A DNA stretch of 64,000 nt from assembly GCA_030039165.1 (NCBI GenBank), contig JASHQM010000040.1, positions 24,522 to 88,521 of the forward strand. Direction: 5' to 3'. The notes under the pieces were generated by a model. It made no database searches, was not told the DNA's origin, and saw nothing but the letters and a program-made list of their open reading frames with translations. This DNA comes from Candidatus Sulfotelmatobacter sp. Its GTDB lineage: Bacteria; Acidobacteriota; Terriglobia; Terriglobales; Acidobacteriaceae. Both the position numbers and the translations under genes were made by a program. Of this stretch, positions 53,631 through 62,183 are shown in pieces; within the stretch, counting starts at the first letter, position 1, and the number at the start of each line of letters is the position of its first letter.

Positions 53631-54512
53631 ATGGGCCTTGCCCGCTCCATCGCGAATCAAACCCCTATGGCAGAGAATCCTTTGAAGCGCTACATTTTCG
53701 CCAGTGATTTCGACCAGACTCTCACTTTCAACGACTCCGGTTACGTGCTGGCCGAGTTGGTCGGCATTCCTGTTTCCGAATTCGAACGCAAGTTAAAAGG
53801 AATGGCGAAAATTAACCTGGTCCAGCAGGGAGCGGAACTCGCCTATCTGCTGCTGCACGACCCCGAGTTCCGCGCCAAAGTGCGCAAAGACCACTTGCAT
53901 GAAGTCGGCAGACGCGTTCGTCTCAAGGCCGATATCAAACTTCTGTACCAGGTGCTCGACCAGGGCATCGACGGTTACATCTTCGATTTTTATGTTCTCT
54001 CCGCTGCCCCGGTCGAAGTGATTCATGCCGCGTTGGACGGAATCGTTCCCGCAGATCATATTTTTGGCACGGAATTCCGCTATGGGCCTTCGGGCGAGAT
54101 CGACACTATCGTTTCGGCCACGGCGGGTTACGGCAAAGTGGCGATGTTGAACCAATTACTCGTGCAAACAGTAACCGGCCCCGATCACGTCATTTACTCG
54201 GGCGATGGCAGCTCTGACATCCATGTGATGCTCGAGGTGAATGCCCGCGACGGGCTGACGATTGCCGTTTCCGAGTCGCCTCGCGTCTCGAAAATCGCCA
54301 AACGCACCGTCCTCAGCACCAGCGCCTTCGCGGTGCTGGCGCCTATTCTCGAAGAAATCGCCGGATGGGAGCGCGTCCGCATCCGCGCCTTCTTCGAATC
54401 CAACGGCATGTTGATTCAGGAGTGGGAGCGCGTTCGCACGGATTGGCTGACCGTACGGCCCGCGGTCTCCGAAAACTCCGAAACGGTAAGCGCTGTTGCC
54501 GATGCCAGATAA
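53631..54512 (+). CDS. HAD-superfamily hydrolase (phosphoserine-phosphatase-like subfamily IB)
   Basis: Motif I FASDFDQTLT and motif IV SGDGSSDIH. ATG 53667 is an alternative start. Confidence 0.75.
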   Translation: MGLARSIANQTPMAENPLKRYIFASDFDQTLTFNDSGYVLAELVGIPVSEFERKLKGMAKINLVQQGAELAYLLLHDPEFRAKVRKDHLHEVGRRVRLKADIKLLYQVLDQGIDGYIFDFYVLSAAPVEVIHAALDGIVPADHIFGTEFRYGPSGEIDTIVSATAGYGKVAMLNQLLVQTVTGPDHVIYSGDGSSDIHVMLEVNARDGLTIAVSESPRVSKIAKRTVLSTSAFAVLAPILEEIAGWERVRIRAFFESNGMLIQEWERVRTDWLTVRPAVSENSETVSAVADAR

Positions 54513-54524
54513 CGATAGAACTCC

Positions 54525-55019
54525 ATGTTACGAGACAAGAGCCTGATCCCACTCTCCCGTCAACATCAGCACGCGTTGGCTTTGTGCGTTCGTATCGACC
54601 GCGCTCAACCTATTCCGCCCCAGGATTTGCAAGGCTGGCACGAGGAAATCGAGCGTCACTTTGCGGAAGAAATCAACATTCATTTCTCGGCGGAGGAGAA
54701 AGTCCTCTTTCCCTCCGCTCGCCGGTTCCCGGAACTTGTCCCTCCCGTAAACGAATTGATGGCAGACCACGCCCGCCTGCGCGGATTGTTCGCGCAGGCC
54801 CAAAGACGAACCCTGTCAGGCAAGGATATAGTGCTGCTTGCGCAGAAACTCTCCGCACATATTCGTAAGGAAGAGCGCCAACTTTTTGAGCGGATGCAAG
54901 AATTGATCTCCGCTGAACAGCTCGCCTCCCTTGGCGCTAAGTTGGACGCCGCACTCGAAGAAGCGGTTCACGCTTGCGAAATAATCAACAAACCGAAAAC
55001 CCCGATGTCCCGGAAGTAG
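54525..55019 (+). CDS. hemerythrin-like (HHE cation-binding) domain protein
   Basis: His/Glu ligand pattern: HQHAL..., HFAEEINIHFSAEEKVLFP, DHARL, HIRKEERQLFE. Confidence 0.75.
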   Translation: MLRDKSLIPLSRQHQHALALCVRIDRAQPIPPQDLQGWHEEIERHFAEEINIHFSAEEKVLFPSARRFPELVPPVNELMADHARLRGLFAQAQRRTLSGKDIVLLAQKLSAHIRKEERQLFERMQELISAEQLASLGAKLDAALEEAVHACEIINKPKTPMSRK

Positions 55020-55032
55020 CCGCCCTCATTCG

Positions 55033-56784
55033 TCATGCTTCCAGCCTGAAGCGCGTTTCCGCCAACCCGTAGAGCTTACGCCAGACAAGCCGATTTATCG
55101 TTACCACCGTGGCGGCCATCATCATGGTCGCCGCCAGCAGCAGATCGTAGTTGCCCCTGTCGGTTGCCTGGCTGATAGTTGCCCCTAATCCCGTGGTGGT
55201 ATAAATCTGCCCCTTGAAGCGAAAATATTCGGCGACAATGCTGACGTTCCATGCCCCCCCGGAAGCGGTTACCAGTCCGGTAACGAGGTAAGGAAAAATC
55301 CCAGGCAGAATCAACTTCTTCCAGCGCTCGAATCCGCGCAGCCCAAAGACTTCGCAGCATTCTTTTAAATCCGTTGGAATCGCCATGGCTCCCGCGATCA
55401 CGTTAAACAAGACATACCATTGCGTTCCCAGCAGCAACACGACGATCGCGGCCAGGCCGAGACCTCCGCCCAAACGAATCAGCACCAGCAAAATTATCGG
55501 AAGCAGCGCCGTCGCCGGAACTGATGCCGCAATTTGCGCCAATGGCTGCGCGATGCGCGCCAGCCGAGGATTGAAGCCAATAGCCACGCCGGCGGGAACG
55601 GTCCACAACGTGCCGATCAAGAGTGCCAGATTCACGCGCAGGAACGTCGCCCCCAGCCCCAGTGCCGCCTCGTGCAGTTCGGCTCGTTGCAAGCCACTGA
55701 GGATCATTGTGACACGCACCACCGTGTATCCGATGGCGACCAGCACGGCAACACCAATCAGGCGCACCAGCCAATCGCGCCAGGGAACCGGCGCCTGGGG
55801 AACATTTTTTTCCCGCTTGCGTGCAAACAGCAGGAGCAAATTCTCGCCCAGAGGCTGCAGGGTCTTCGCGCGCAGGCGCGCAAGCCCGTGCGAGTGCTGC
55901 AAAATGTTGTACACCCATGACTGCGGTGCACTGGTGCTCTCAACCTGCTCAAATTTAAACTTTTCCGCCCACGCGATCACCGGCCGCCAGACGAACTGAT
56001 CGAGCAGCACGATCACCAGAATCATGGTTGCGACGCCCCAGATGATCGATGAGGTATCGCCTGCGCTCGCCGCGGTTTGCAGGTACGATCCTAATCCCGG
56101 CAGCCGGAAATCGCGATCACCCAGCACGAACATCTCGCACACCATCAGCGCGAACCATCCTCCCGCCACTGACATCATCGAATTCCACACCAAACCGATT
56201 GCCGAAAATGGCAATTCCATCTGGATAAATCGCTGCCACCAACTGAAGCGGTAAATCGCCGCCGCCTCGCGCATCTCCGATGGAATGCTCTTCAGCGATG
56301 CGTAGAAGCTGAACGTCATATTCCAGACCTGCCCGGTAAAAATCAGGAGGATGGCGGCACACTCCACTCCCAATTGCCGCCCGGGGAAAAGCCCCACCAT
56401 TGCCAGGGTCACAGGCGGCAGAAAGCTCAACACCGGGATCGACTGGAGCACATCCAGCAAGGGGATCATGAAGCGCTCGGCGCGAGCGTTATAGGCGGCG
56501 ACGTAGCCATACACCAGCGTGAATATCAGGCTCAGCCCGTAAGCAATCGTAATTCGCAGCAGCGAATAGCCGGCATACACCGGCAACGCGCGCACGTTTC
56601 GAGAGATCTCTACCGTCGGCGTAAACGGTCCAAACCACGAGCGCCCCACGATCAACACGCCGTAAAACAGCGCCAGCGCCGCGCCGAACATGACCACATC
56701 CGGCAAACGGGACACTTCGATCCGCGGCAGTTGCGACCACAGCCGGTAGGCAGAGAATCCACGCAGGCTGATGCTCTTTTTCAT
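55033..56784 (-). CDS. ABC transporter permease, NitT/TauT-type, duplicated (two BPD_transp_1 halves)
   Basis: About 12 TM helices and two EAA-like loops (SIPSEMREAAAIYRFSWWQRF; IPTDLKECCEVFGLRGFERW). ATG 56784 chosen over 56952. Confidence 0.85.
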   Translation of the reverse strand: MKKSISLRGFSAYRLWSQLPRIEVSRLPDVVMFGAALALFYGVLIVGRSWFGPFTPTVEISRNVRALPVYAGYSLLRITIAYGLSLIFTLVYGYVAAYNARAERFMIPLLDVLQSIPVLSFLPPVTLAMVGLFPGRQLGVECAAILLIFTGQVWNMTFSFYASLKSIPSEMREAAAIYRFSWWQRFIQMELPFSAIGLVWNSMMSVAGGWFALMVCEMFVLGDRDFRLPGLGSYLQTAASAGDTSSIIWGVATMILVIVLLDQFVWRPVIAWAEKFKFEQVESTSAPQSWVYNILQHSHGLARLRAKTLQPLGENLLLLFARKREKNVPQAPVPWRDWLVRLIGVAVLVAIGYTVVRVTMILSGLQRAELHEAALGLGATFLRVNLALLIGTLWTVPAGVAIGFNPRLARIAQPLAQIAASVPATALLPIILLVLIRLGGGLGLAAIVVLLLGTQWYVLFNVIAGAMAIPTDLKECCEVFGLRGFERWKKLILPGIFPYLVTGLVTASGGAWNVSIVAEYFRFKGQIYTTTGLGATISQATDRGNYDLLLAATMMMAATVVTINRLVWRKLYGLAETRFRLEA

Positions 56785-56810
56785 GCTTGGTTCGTTCTCT
56801 CGACTGTACT

Positions 56811-58226
56811 TCAGGCGTCTGGAGTGGAAGTCGGACTGTGATTCTGGGAAATTGCAGTTTCGGCGCGGGCCGCTTCGCTTGCAGCCGCTTCGCTTTGCAC
56901 CAGGCGGCCGCTTTCGCGATCGTAATCGAAAATCTCCGCATAGCGGCCCCAATTCATTGCCGTATCGAACTGCCTTTGCACTTCTTCTTCGGAAAAATGT
57001 TCGTCCAGAATATCGCGAAAAAAATCCTCCTCGATCGCGTGGTCCGACTTTCGTTTGAGAACGCTATCGATCTGCTTCAGGATGGTAACGTTCTCCAGCG
57101 CGGCCTTGCGGAATAGAACTTTGCGTGTCTGAATATCGGCTTCGGCAAACTCCGCTCCCGCTTTCGAAACCTGAACGTCGCCTTCTTTCAGCCAGGCAAA
57201 ACCAAGCAGTTGGCACGCCTCCAGGATGGGCAGCAAGTCTTCCACATCCATCACCAAATCCTCGCTCAGGCGGAATAAATCTTCCCGCCCGCCGCGATCA
57301 TGCAGCAACTCGAGTAGACCGGCAATGCCCGCCACCCGGGCATGAGGAAGGACTTGGTATTTAGCGGAGCGAACCGGAGGCTCCCTGCGTTTTAACCCTC
57401 CAGCGGGCAATACAACTTCGCCCGTGCTTTCGGCATCGGGTGGCGCATGTTCGACATCCGGCTCGGTCATGACCTTATAGATGTAATCCACCAGTTCGAT
57501 AAAGCGTGGCGATTTGCGGTCCCGGGGATGCAGGAGGCGTACATTAATATCCGATCGAATTCGCGCCGGGTTCCTGCCCAATACCACAATGCGGTCGGCC
57601 AGCATCACCGCCTCTTCAATGTTGTGAGTCACAATGAAAATCGCGCTGGTCGGCATTTTCTTGCTCAGCCAGAGCTCCAGCAGTTCGCCGCGCAGATTCT
57701 CCGCGGTGAGCACGTCGAGCGCAGAAAACGGCTCGTCCATGAACAGCACTTCCGGTTCGACTACCAGCGCCCGGGCAAATCCCACGCGCTGCTTCATCCC
57801 GCCCGAAAGCTCCTTGGGGTAGGCGGTTTCAAAACCATCCAGGCCGACCGTATCCAGAGTCCGTAGCGCCCGCTTGCGGCGCTCGACCGCTTCTATACCC
57901 CTCGCTTCAAGCGGAGCCTCTACGTTCTCCAGCACCGTTAGCCACGGAAAAAGAGCAAAGCTCTGAAAGACAATTGCGACGTTAGGAGTTTGGCCATTCA
58001 GCGGCTTACCATGCCAGAACAGCGCACCCGATGTGGGCTGCGAGAGTCCGCTCAGGATGCGCAGCAGCGTCGATTTGCCGCATCCCGAAGCCCCGAGCAA
58101 GGCAATGATCTTCCCCGTCTCGATCGAAAAATCCATCAGTCCCACCACCTGAATGCGTGTGCTGCCGTCAGGCTGCGGGTAGGACTTTTCAATCGCCCGC
58201 GCTTCGATGATCGGTTCCGTAGACAA
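56811..58226 (-). CDS. ABC transporter ATP-binding protein, NitT/TauT-type, with C-terminal AAA-associated domain
   Basis: Walker A LLGASGCGKSTLL, signature LSGGMKQRVGFARAL, Walker B LFMDEPFSALD, plus a ~210-aa extra C-terminal domain. Confidence 0.9.
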   Translation of the reverse strand: MSTEPIIEARAIEKSYPQPDGSTRIQVVGLMDFSIETGKIIALLGASGCGKSTLLRILSGLSQPTSGALFWHGKPLNGQTPNVAIVFQSFALFPWLTVLENVEAPLEARGIEAVERRKRALRTLDTVGLDGFETAYPKELSGGMKQRVGFARALVVEPEVLFMDEPFSALDVLTAENLRGELLELWLSKKMPTSAIFIVTHNIEEAVMLADRIVVLGRNPARIRSDINVRLLHPRDRKSPRFIELVDYIYKVMTEPDVEHAPPDAESTGEVVLPAGGLKRREPPVRSAKYQVLPHARVAGIAGLLELLHDRGGREDLFRLSEDLVMDVEDLLPILEACQLLGFAWLKEGDVQVSKAGAEFAEADIQTRKVLFRKAALENVTILKQIDSVLKRKSDHAIEEDFFRDILDEHFSEEEVQRQFDTAMNWGRYAEIFDYDRESGRLVQSEAAASEAARAETAISQNHSPTSTPDA

Positions 58227-58369
58227 GAAATTCCCCCTTCACTTCTATACACGAGCACCGCGCTTTTTGTGAACTTTAAATGCTCCGAGTAGAAGCATTA
58301 ATCCGCCAGGTTTTCGGCTCTGCGTCGATCGCGGACGCCACGCTGTTTTTCATTTTCCTAAGTTATTTA

Positions 58370-58386
58370 ACTTTGTATTACAAAGT
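58370..58386. promoter_or_regulatory. perfect 17-nt palindrome ACTTTGTA-T-TACAAAGT (operator-like), copy 1
   Basis: Read directly from the sequence. Ends 2 nt before a TTGACA hexamer. Overlaps a second inverted repeat, AAGTTA-tt-TAACTT (58360-58373). Confidence 0.45.
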
Positions 58387-58388
58387 AC

Positions 58389-58417
58389 TTGACATTAATG
58401 AAGCTTTGGATTATGGT
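58389..58417 (+). promoter_or_regulatory. candidate sigma70-type promoter, possibly giving a leaderless mRNA
   Basis: TTGACA (58389-58394), 17 nt, TATGGT (58412-58417). The ATG at 58424 begins 7 nt after the -10 hexamer. Confidence 0.35.
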
Positions 58418-58423
58418 GCCGTC

Positions 58424-59053
58424 ATGCTTGGTCCGCGCCCGCACCGCCTCCGCCGCCTGCACCGCGCCATGTTGGTGCCACACGGCGTGGGAGCCGATCC
58501 CGCCGCTGATCTTCGTTTCATCCGCGACACCATGGAGCGTACGGCCGCATTTACCGCCGTACCCGGGTGGGGGATGGTTATTCTCGGCCTCACCGCGCTC
58601 GGCGCCGTGGCCCTCAGTTGGGGGCAGTCGAATTCTTCCGTTTGGCTCAAGATCTGGCTGGCCGAAGCTCTGCTCGCCGTTCTGATTGCTTTTCTTTCCA
58701 TGCGACTGAAAGCCGAGCGCCGGGGCCTGCCGCTTTTTTCCGGTCCCGGCCGCAAAGTGGCCGTTGGCGTTTTTCCGCCTTTCATCGCCGCCGCTCTTCT
58801 CACCTATTTACTTCAGCACGCCGGTTTGCAATTCGCCCTGGCGCCGACATGGCTGTTGCTTTACGGCGCCGGCATCATGACCGGAGGAGCCTATTCGGTC
58901 TCGATTGTTCCCGTGATGGGACTCTGCTTCATGGTTACCGGCGCTATGGCGATTCTCGCGCCCGTAGGATGGTCGAGCTCTTTTCTCGCGGCCGGTTTCG
59001 GCGGACTGCATATCATTTTCGGATTTCTCATCGCGCGGAGGCACGGTGGCTAG
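58424..59053 (+). CDS. integral membrane protein (hypothetical, ~5-6 TM)
   Basis: ATG 58424 inside ORF 58280..59053. Hydrophobic helices follow FTAVPGWGMVILGLTALGAVAL. 8-nt overlap with the downstream regulator gene. Confidence 0.65.
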   Translation: MLGPRPHRLRRLHRAMLVPHGVGADPAADLRFIRDTMERTAAFTAVPGWGMVILGLTALGAVALSWGQSNSSVWLKIWLAEALLAVLIAFLSMRLKAERRGLPLFSGPGRKVAVGVFPPFIAAALLTYLLQHAGLQFALAPTWLLLYGAGIMTGGAYSVSIVPVMGLCFMVTGAMAILAPVGWSSSFLAAGFGGLHIIFGFLIARRHGG

Positions 59054-59420
59054 ACACTTAGCTCAACGCGGCAAGCGCGTAAAGGCTGGAATTACAGCGC
59101 GGCAGCGCGTTCCGGGCCGCCTGCCCGCTTTGCCCGAACTGGATCGCTTGATTCACGAGCGTATCCGGCTGGGTATTGTCAGCGCCCTCGCCGCCAATGC
59201 CAGCCTCAGCTTCAACGATCTGAAACGCATTCTCAAAACTACCGATGGCAACCTCAGCGTGCACGCCCGCAAGCTGGAAGAGGCCGAATATATCTCGTGC
59301 CTGAAATATTTCGAAGGACGTGTGCCCCGCACCGACTATCGCTTAACTCCCGCCGGCCGCCGTGCGCTGGGCGAATATTTGGATCAGATGGAGGAATGGA
59401 TTCGCGTCACCCGCGAATAA
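59046..59420 (+). CDS. winged-helix transcriptional regulator (HTH_34/ArsR-MarR-like)
   Basis: LDRLIHERIRLGIVSALAANASLSFNDLKRILKTTDGNLSVHARKLEEAEYI. GTG start 59046. Confidence 0.8.
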   Translation: MARHLAQRGKRVKAGITARQRVPGRLPALPELDRLIHERIRLGIVSALAANASLSFNDLKRILKTTDGNLSVHARKLEEAEYISCLKYFEGRVPRTDYRLTPAGRRALGEYLDQMEEWIRVTRE

Positions 59421-59434
59421 TTTTTTGTCCATCG

Positions 59435-59451
59435 ACTTTATTGTGCAAAGT
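59435..59451. promoter_or_regulatory. operator-like motif ACTTTATTGTGCAAAGT, copy 2
   Basis: 13/17 identical to 58370-58386, with the same ACTTT-N7-AAAGT arms and the same following AC. Ends 20 nt upstream of ATG 59472. Confidence 0.4.
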
Positions 59452-59471
59452 ACATTGTTAACGACATAACA

Positions 59472-59885
59472 ATGAGGAACACCGAAATGGACGCACATAC
59501 CGCAATCCCCGCCGCACCGTTTTCGCTCTCCGCCTCAGCCCGTTTTTGGGAACCTCGGCGCGCCCTGTATAACCTGGTTCTGGCCGCTGTCGCGGTCGTC
59601 TGGCTAGCCCTGGATTGGCCGCATTTCCGCCCTGCAATCACCTGGTCGTCACTCCCAAAGCTCGCATTATTGGCGCTTCTCGCCAACCTCTGTTATACCG
59701 CCGCTTATGCCGTAGATGCCGGCATCCAGCGCTTCGCAACCGACTCACAACAACGCTGGCGCTGGGCCTTCTGGCTGCTGGGCACTCTGTTCGCCATCCT
59801 GGTTGAGAGCTACTGGATCAACGACGAAATCTACCCTGGCATTCCCCATGCCGCTTCAGTTTTGTTGAGGAGCATCCTGCCCTGA
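59472..59885 (+). CDS. integral membrane protein (hypothetical)
   Basis: 137 aa, about 4 hydrophobic helices. Stop TGA overlaps the next ATG by 1 nt (TGATG at 59883-59887). Confidence 0.6.
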   Translation: MRNTEMDAHTAIPAAPFSLSASARFWEPRRALYNLVLAAVAVVWLALDWPHFRPAITWSSLPKLALLALLANLCYTAAYAVDAGIQRFATDSQQRWRWAFWLLGTLFAILVESYWINDEIYPGIPHAASVLLRSILP

Positions 59886-60532
59886 TGAATCCTGCTGCCA
59901 GCAACATCAATTTCCCGGCTCCCCTGGCCGTCCTTGCCTTTCTCGGCGCCGTCGGAGGGTTGTTTCTTTTTCTCGTTTCCGCTGGAATCGCATGGTTCGC
60001 GCGTAAGCCGAAGTTCGCTGGCGCGTGCGTCGCGATAGTCTATGGCGGAGCAGCAGTTTATCTCGTGTTGTTGTTCAGCTTCTCACTTGCCAGCCATACT
60101 CATGTCCTCAACCGCGGCCAGGAGAAATACTTCTGCGAAATTGATTGCCACCTCGCCTATTCACTGGTCGATGTCAAAACTGAACCCGTAAATGGCGTCA
60201 CGCATTATCTTGTTACCATCCGCACGCGCTTCGACGAAACCACCATTTCACCATCGCGGCCCAAAGGTGTTCCTCTCACCCCTTCGCCTCGAACCATCTA
60301 TCTTGCCGACTCGACTGGCCGCGAATACTTGCCCGTGCGGGTCGAAGGCACGCCTTTGCTCACGCCGCTGAGGCCATCCGACTCCTACACTACTCAGTTC
60401 GAGTTTGATGTCCCGCGCAGCGAAGCGCACTCCCTGCGCTTGCTCATCAATACCACTCCTTCATGGCCTGATCTCCTGGTGATCGGCGACGAAAACAGCC
60501 TCCTTCACCATAAAACCTATTTCTCGTTGTAA
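59885..60532 (+). CDS. membrane-anchored hypothetical protein
   Basis: Two N-terminal TM helices, then a ~140-aa soluble, beta-rich-looking domain. Coupled to the upstream gene. Confidence 0.6.
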   Translation: MNPAASNINFPAPLAVLAFLGAVGGLFLFLVSAGIAWFARKPKFAGACVAIVYGGAAVYLVLLFSFSLASHTHVLNRGQEKYFCEIDCHLAYSLVDVKTEPVNGVTHYLVTIRTRFDETTISPSRPKGVPLTPSPRTIYLADSTGREYLPVRVEGTPLLTPLRPSDSYTTQFEFDVPRSEAHSLRLLINTTPSWPDLLVIGDENSLLHHKTYFSL

Positions 60533-60562
60533 GCCGGATGAGCGGTGCTACAATTCCGGCGC

Positions 60563-61258
60563 ATGAAGCGTCACGCGTTTTTCTGCCTCATCGCAACCGT
60601 GCTTTTCGCGCAAGCCGCTGGGCCCGAGGTCGAAATCACGGCCGAACCGCACCACCACCTGACCATCGATAACCAATCGGTTCGCGCCTACTATGTTGAA
60701 ATCCCGCCTCACGGTGAAACCCTGATGCACTGGCACCGGCACGACTATTTTTTCGTTAGCATTGGACCGGCCGACATTGTCAATGAGGTAAAAGACAAAC
60801 TGCCGGCTTCTCTTAAATTCCAGGATGGAGAAACACGCTTCGCTCCCGCCACTTTTGCGCACATCGCCCGCAATGTCTCCGACCAACCCTTCCGCAATGT
60901 CACCATTGAGATCCTCGATGATGCGAACCTGCGTAACTCGACCGCAAAATGGGACGAAGATCGCGGTCTGGATGTTTTGAAAGGCGGCACGAAGCAGGTT
61001 GTTTTCGTGAAAGACGGCATTCGCGTCACCGAATTTGAGCTTCAGCCCGGCGGAATCGTGCCCATGCACCATTATGCTGGTCCTCACTTGCTGGTTGCCG
61101 TGAGCGATCTCGATATCCGCAGCGACGTGCAGGGTCAGGGTCACACGGCCACACACCTCAAGTCTGGCGAATCAAAGTGGCTGCCCGGCAAGTATTCGCA
61201 CAGCGTTACCAACACCGGCAAACGACCAGCGAAATTTGTCACCTTGGAATTCCCGTAG
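60563..61258 (+). CDS. secreted cupin-domain protein (two cupin-like halves)
   Basis: Signal peptide MKRHAFFCLIATVLFAQA. GETLMHWHRHDYFFV and GGIVPMHHYAGPHLLVAV are cupin motif-1-like. Confidence 0.7.
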   Translation: MKRHAFFCLIATVLFAQAAGPEVEITAEPHHHLTIDNQSVRAYYVEIPPHGETLMHWHRHDYFFVSIGPADIVNEVKDKLPASLKFQDGETRFAPATFAHIARNVSDQPFRNVTIEILDDANLRNSTAKWDEDRGLDVLKGGTKQVVFVKDGIRVTEFELQPGGIVPMHHYAGPHLLVAVSDLDIRSDVQGQGHTATHLKSGESKWLPGKYSHSVTNTGKRPAKFVTLEFP

Positions 61259-61370
61259 AAAGGCTCGCTCTAAGACCGGCACTCGTCTAAAGAAAACGGC
61301 CTCTGGGAACGCTCCCCCGAGCGGACGGGTCCGTCTCCAAAGGCCGGCAATCGACGAAGCGGGTGGTCGG

Positions 61371-61976
61371 TTACATGACCACGAACACAGCAACCTGGAC
61401 GCCGGGGTGCAGCAGATCGAACAAGAAGTATTCCCCGTCGATGTAGTCGATGTAGCAGTCATCCGTATAGGCCCAGCCGGCAGGCCACGCATCCACCAAC
61501 TGGAACGAGTAGCCGCCATATTGGAATTGTGGCTGGCCCGAAACGATTACGGTGTTGGCCCGGAACGTATGTTCCCGTCCGAAGTGAGCGTGAAATTGCT
61601 GGTCCGGGATATGCCCACCACCGTTTGCCGGGCGCGCGTTACCGCCCTGAGCCGGATGCATCTGGTCCTGGCGTGCGGGCATCTGTCTGTTTGGCTGCTC
61701 CGGATGCTCTGGAGCCGCGTGATCCCGCGTTTCTTTTTCCTGCTTTTGCATCTGCTTTTCGTCTTGCTTCTCTTGTTTGGTGGGCTTGGCTTCATCATGC
61801 TTTGGCGGCTTGGCTTCGTCCTGCTTCGGCTTGGCTTCATCCTGTGCGGACTGTGGCTTCATGTCTTCCTGCTGGGGTTTGTCTGCCTGCTGCTTCTCAT
61901 CCTGCGCATAAAGAAAAACAGACGCCCCAAGCGTTACCGCAAGAATCGTAAGACCCAGAACTCTCAAAACTCGCAT
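61371..61976 (-). CDS. secreted protein with Lys/Gln/Asp/Glu-rich repeat region and conserved-looking C-terminal domain
   Basis: ATG 61976 followed by signal peptide MRVLRVLGLTILAVTLGASVFLYAQ. (K)QDEAKP repeats. C-terminal YGGYSFQLVDAWPAGWAYTDDCYIDYIDGEYFLF. Confidence 0.6.
   Translation of the reverse strand: MRVLRVLGLTILAVTLGASVFLYAQDEKQQADKPQQEDMKPQSAQDEAKPKQDEAKPPKHDEAKPTKQEKQDEKQMQKQEKETRDHAAPEHPEQPNRQMPARQDQMHPAQGGNARPANGGGHIPDQQFHAHFGREHTFRANTVIVSGQPQFQYGGYSFQLVDAWPAGWAYTDDCYIDYIDGEYFLFDLLHPGVQVAVFVVM
61783..61841 (-). repeat. three imperfect 21-24-nt tandem coding repeats (GGCTTGGCTTC[A/G]TC core)
   Basis: Core copies start at 61783, 61807 and 61828. On the minus strand each encodes DEAKP. 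Confidence 0.7.
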
Positions 61977-62183
61977 AATGTCCTCCAAGCATTTGTCCTC
62001 GACGGCCGCCCTTCGTTGCATCACTGCTCTTTGTGGTTGCCGCGGATTGGGATGCCATTTTGCGCCGCCAGGGCGGTAGTAAGAAACTGTAGCTATTAAC
62101 CGGATGGGACTGTAAGAAGCGACGTCACTCAGCTTGGCCAAAACCGGGTTAGAAGTGAAAAATTCTGAGAACGATACCAGGAC

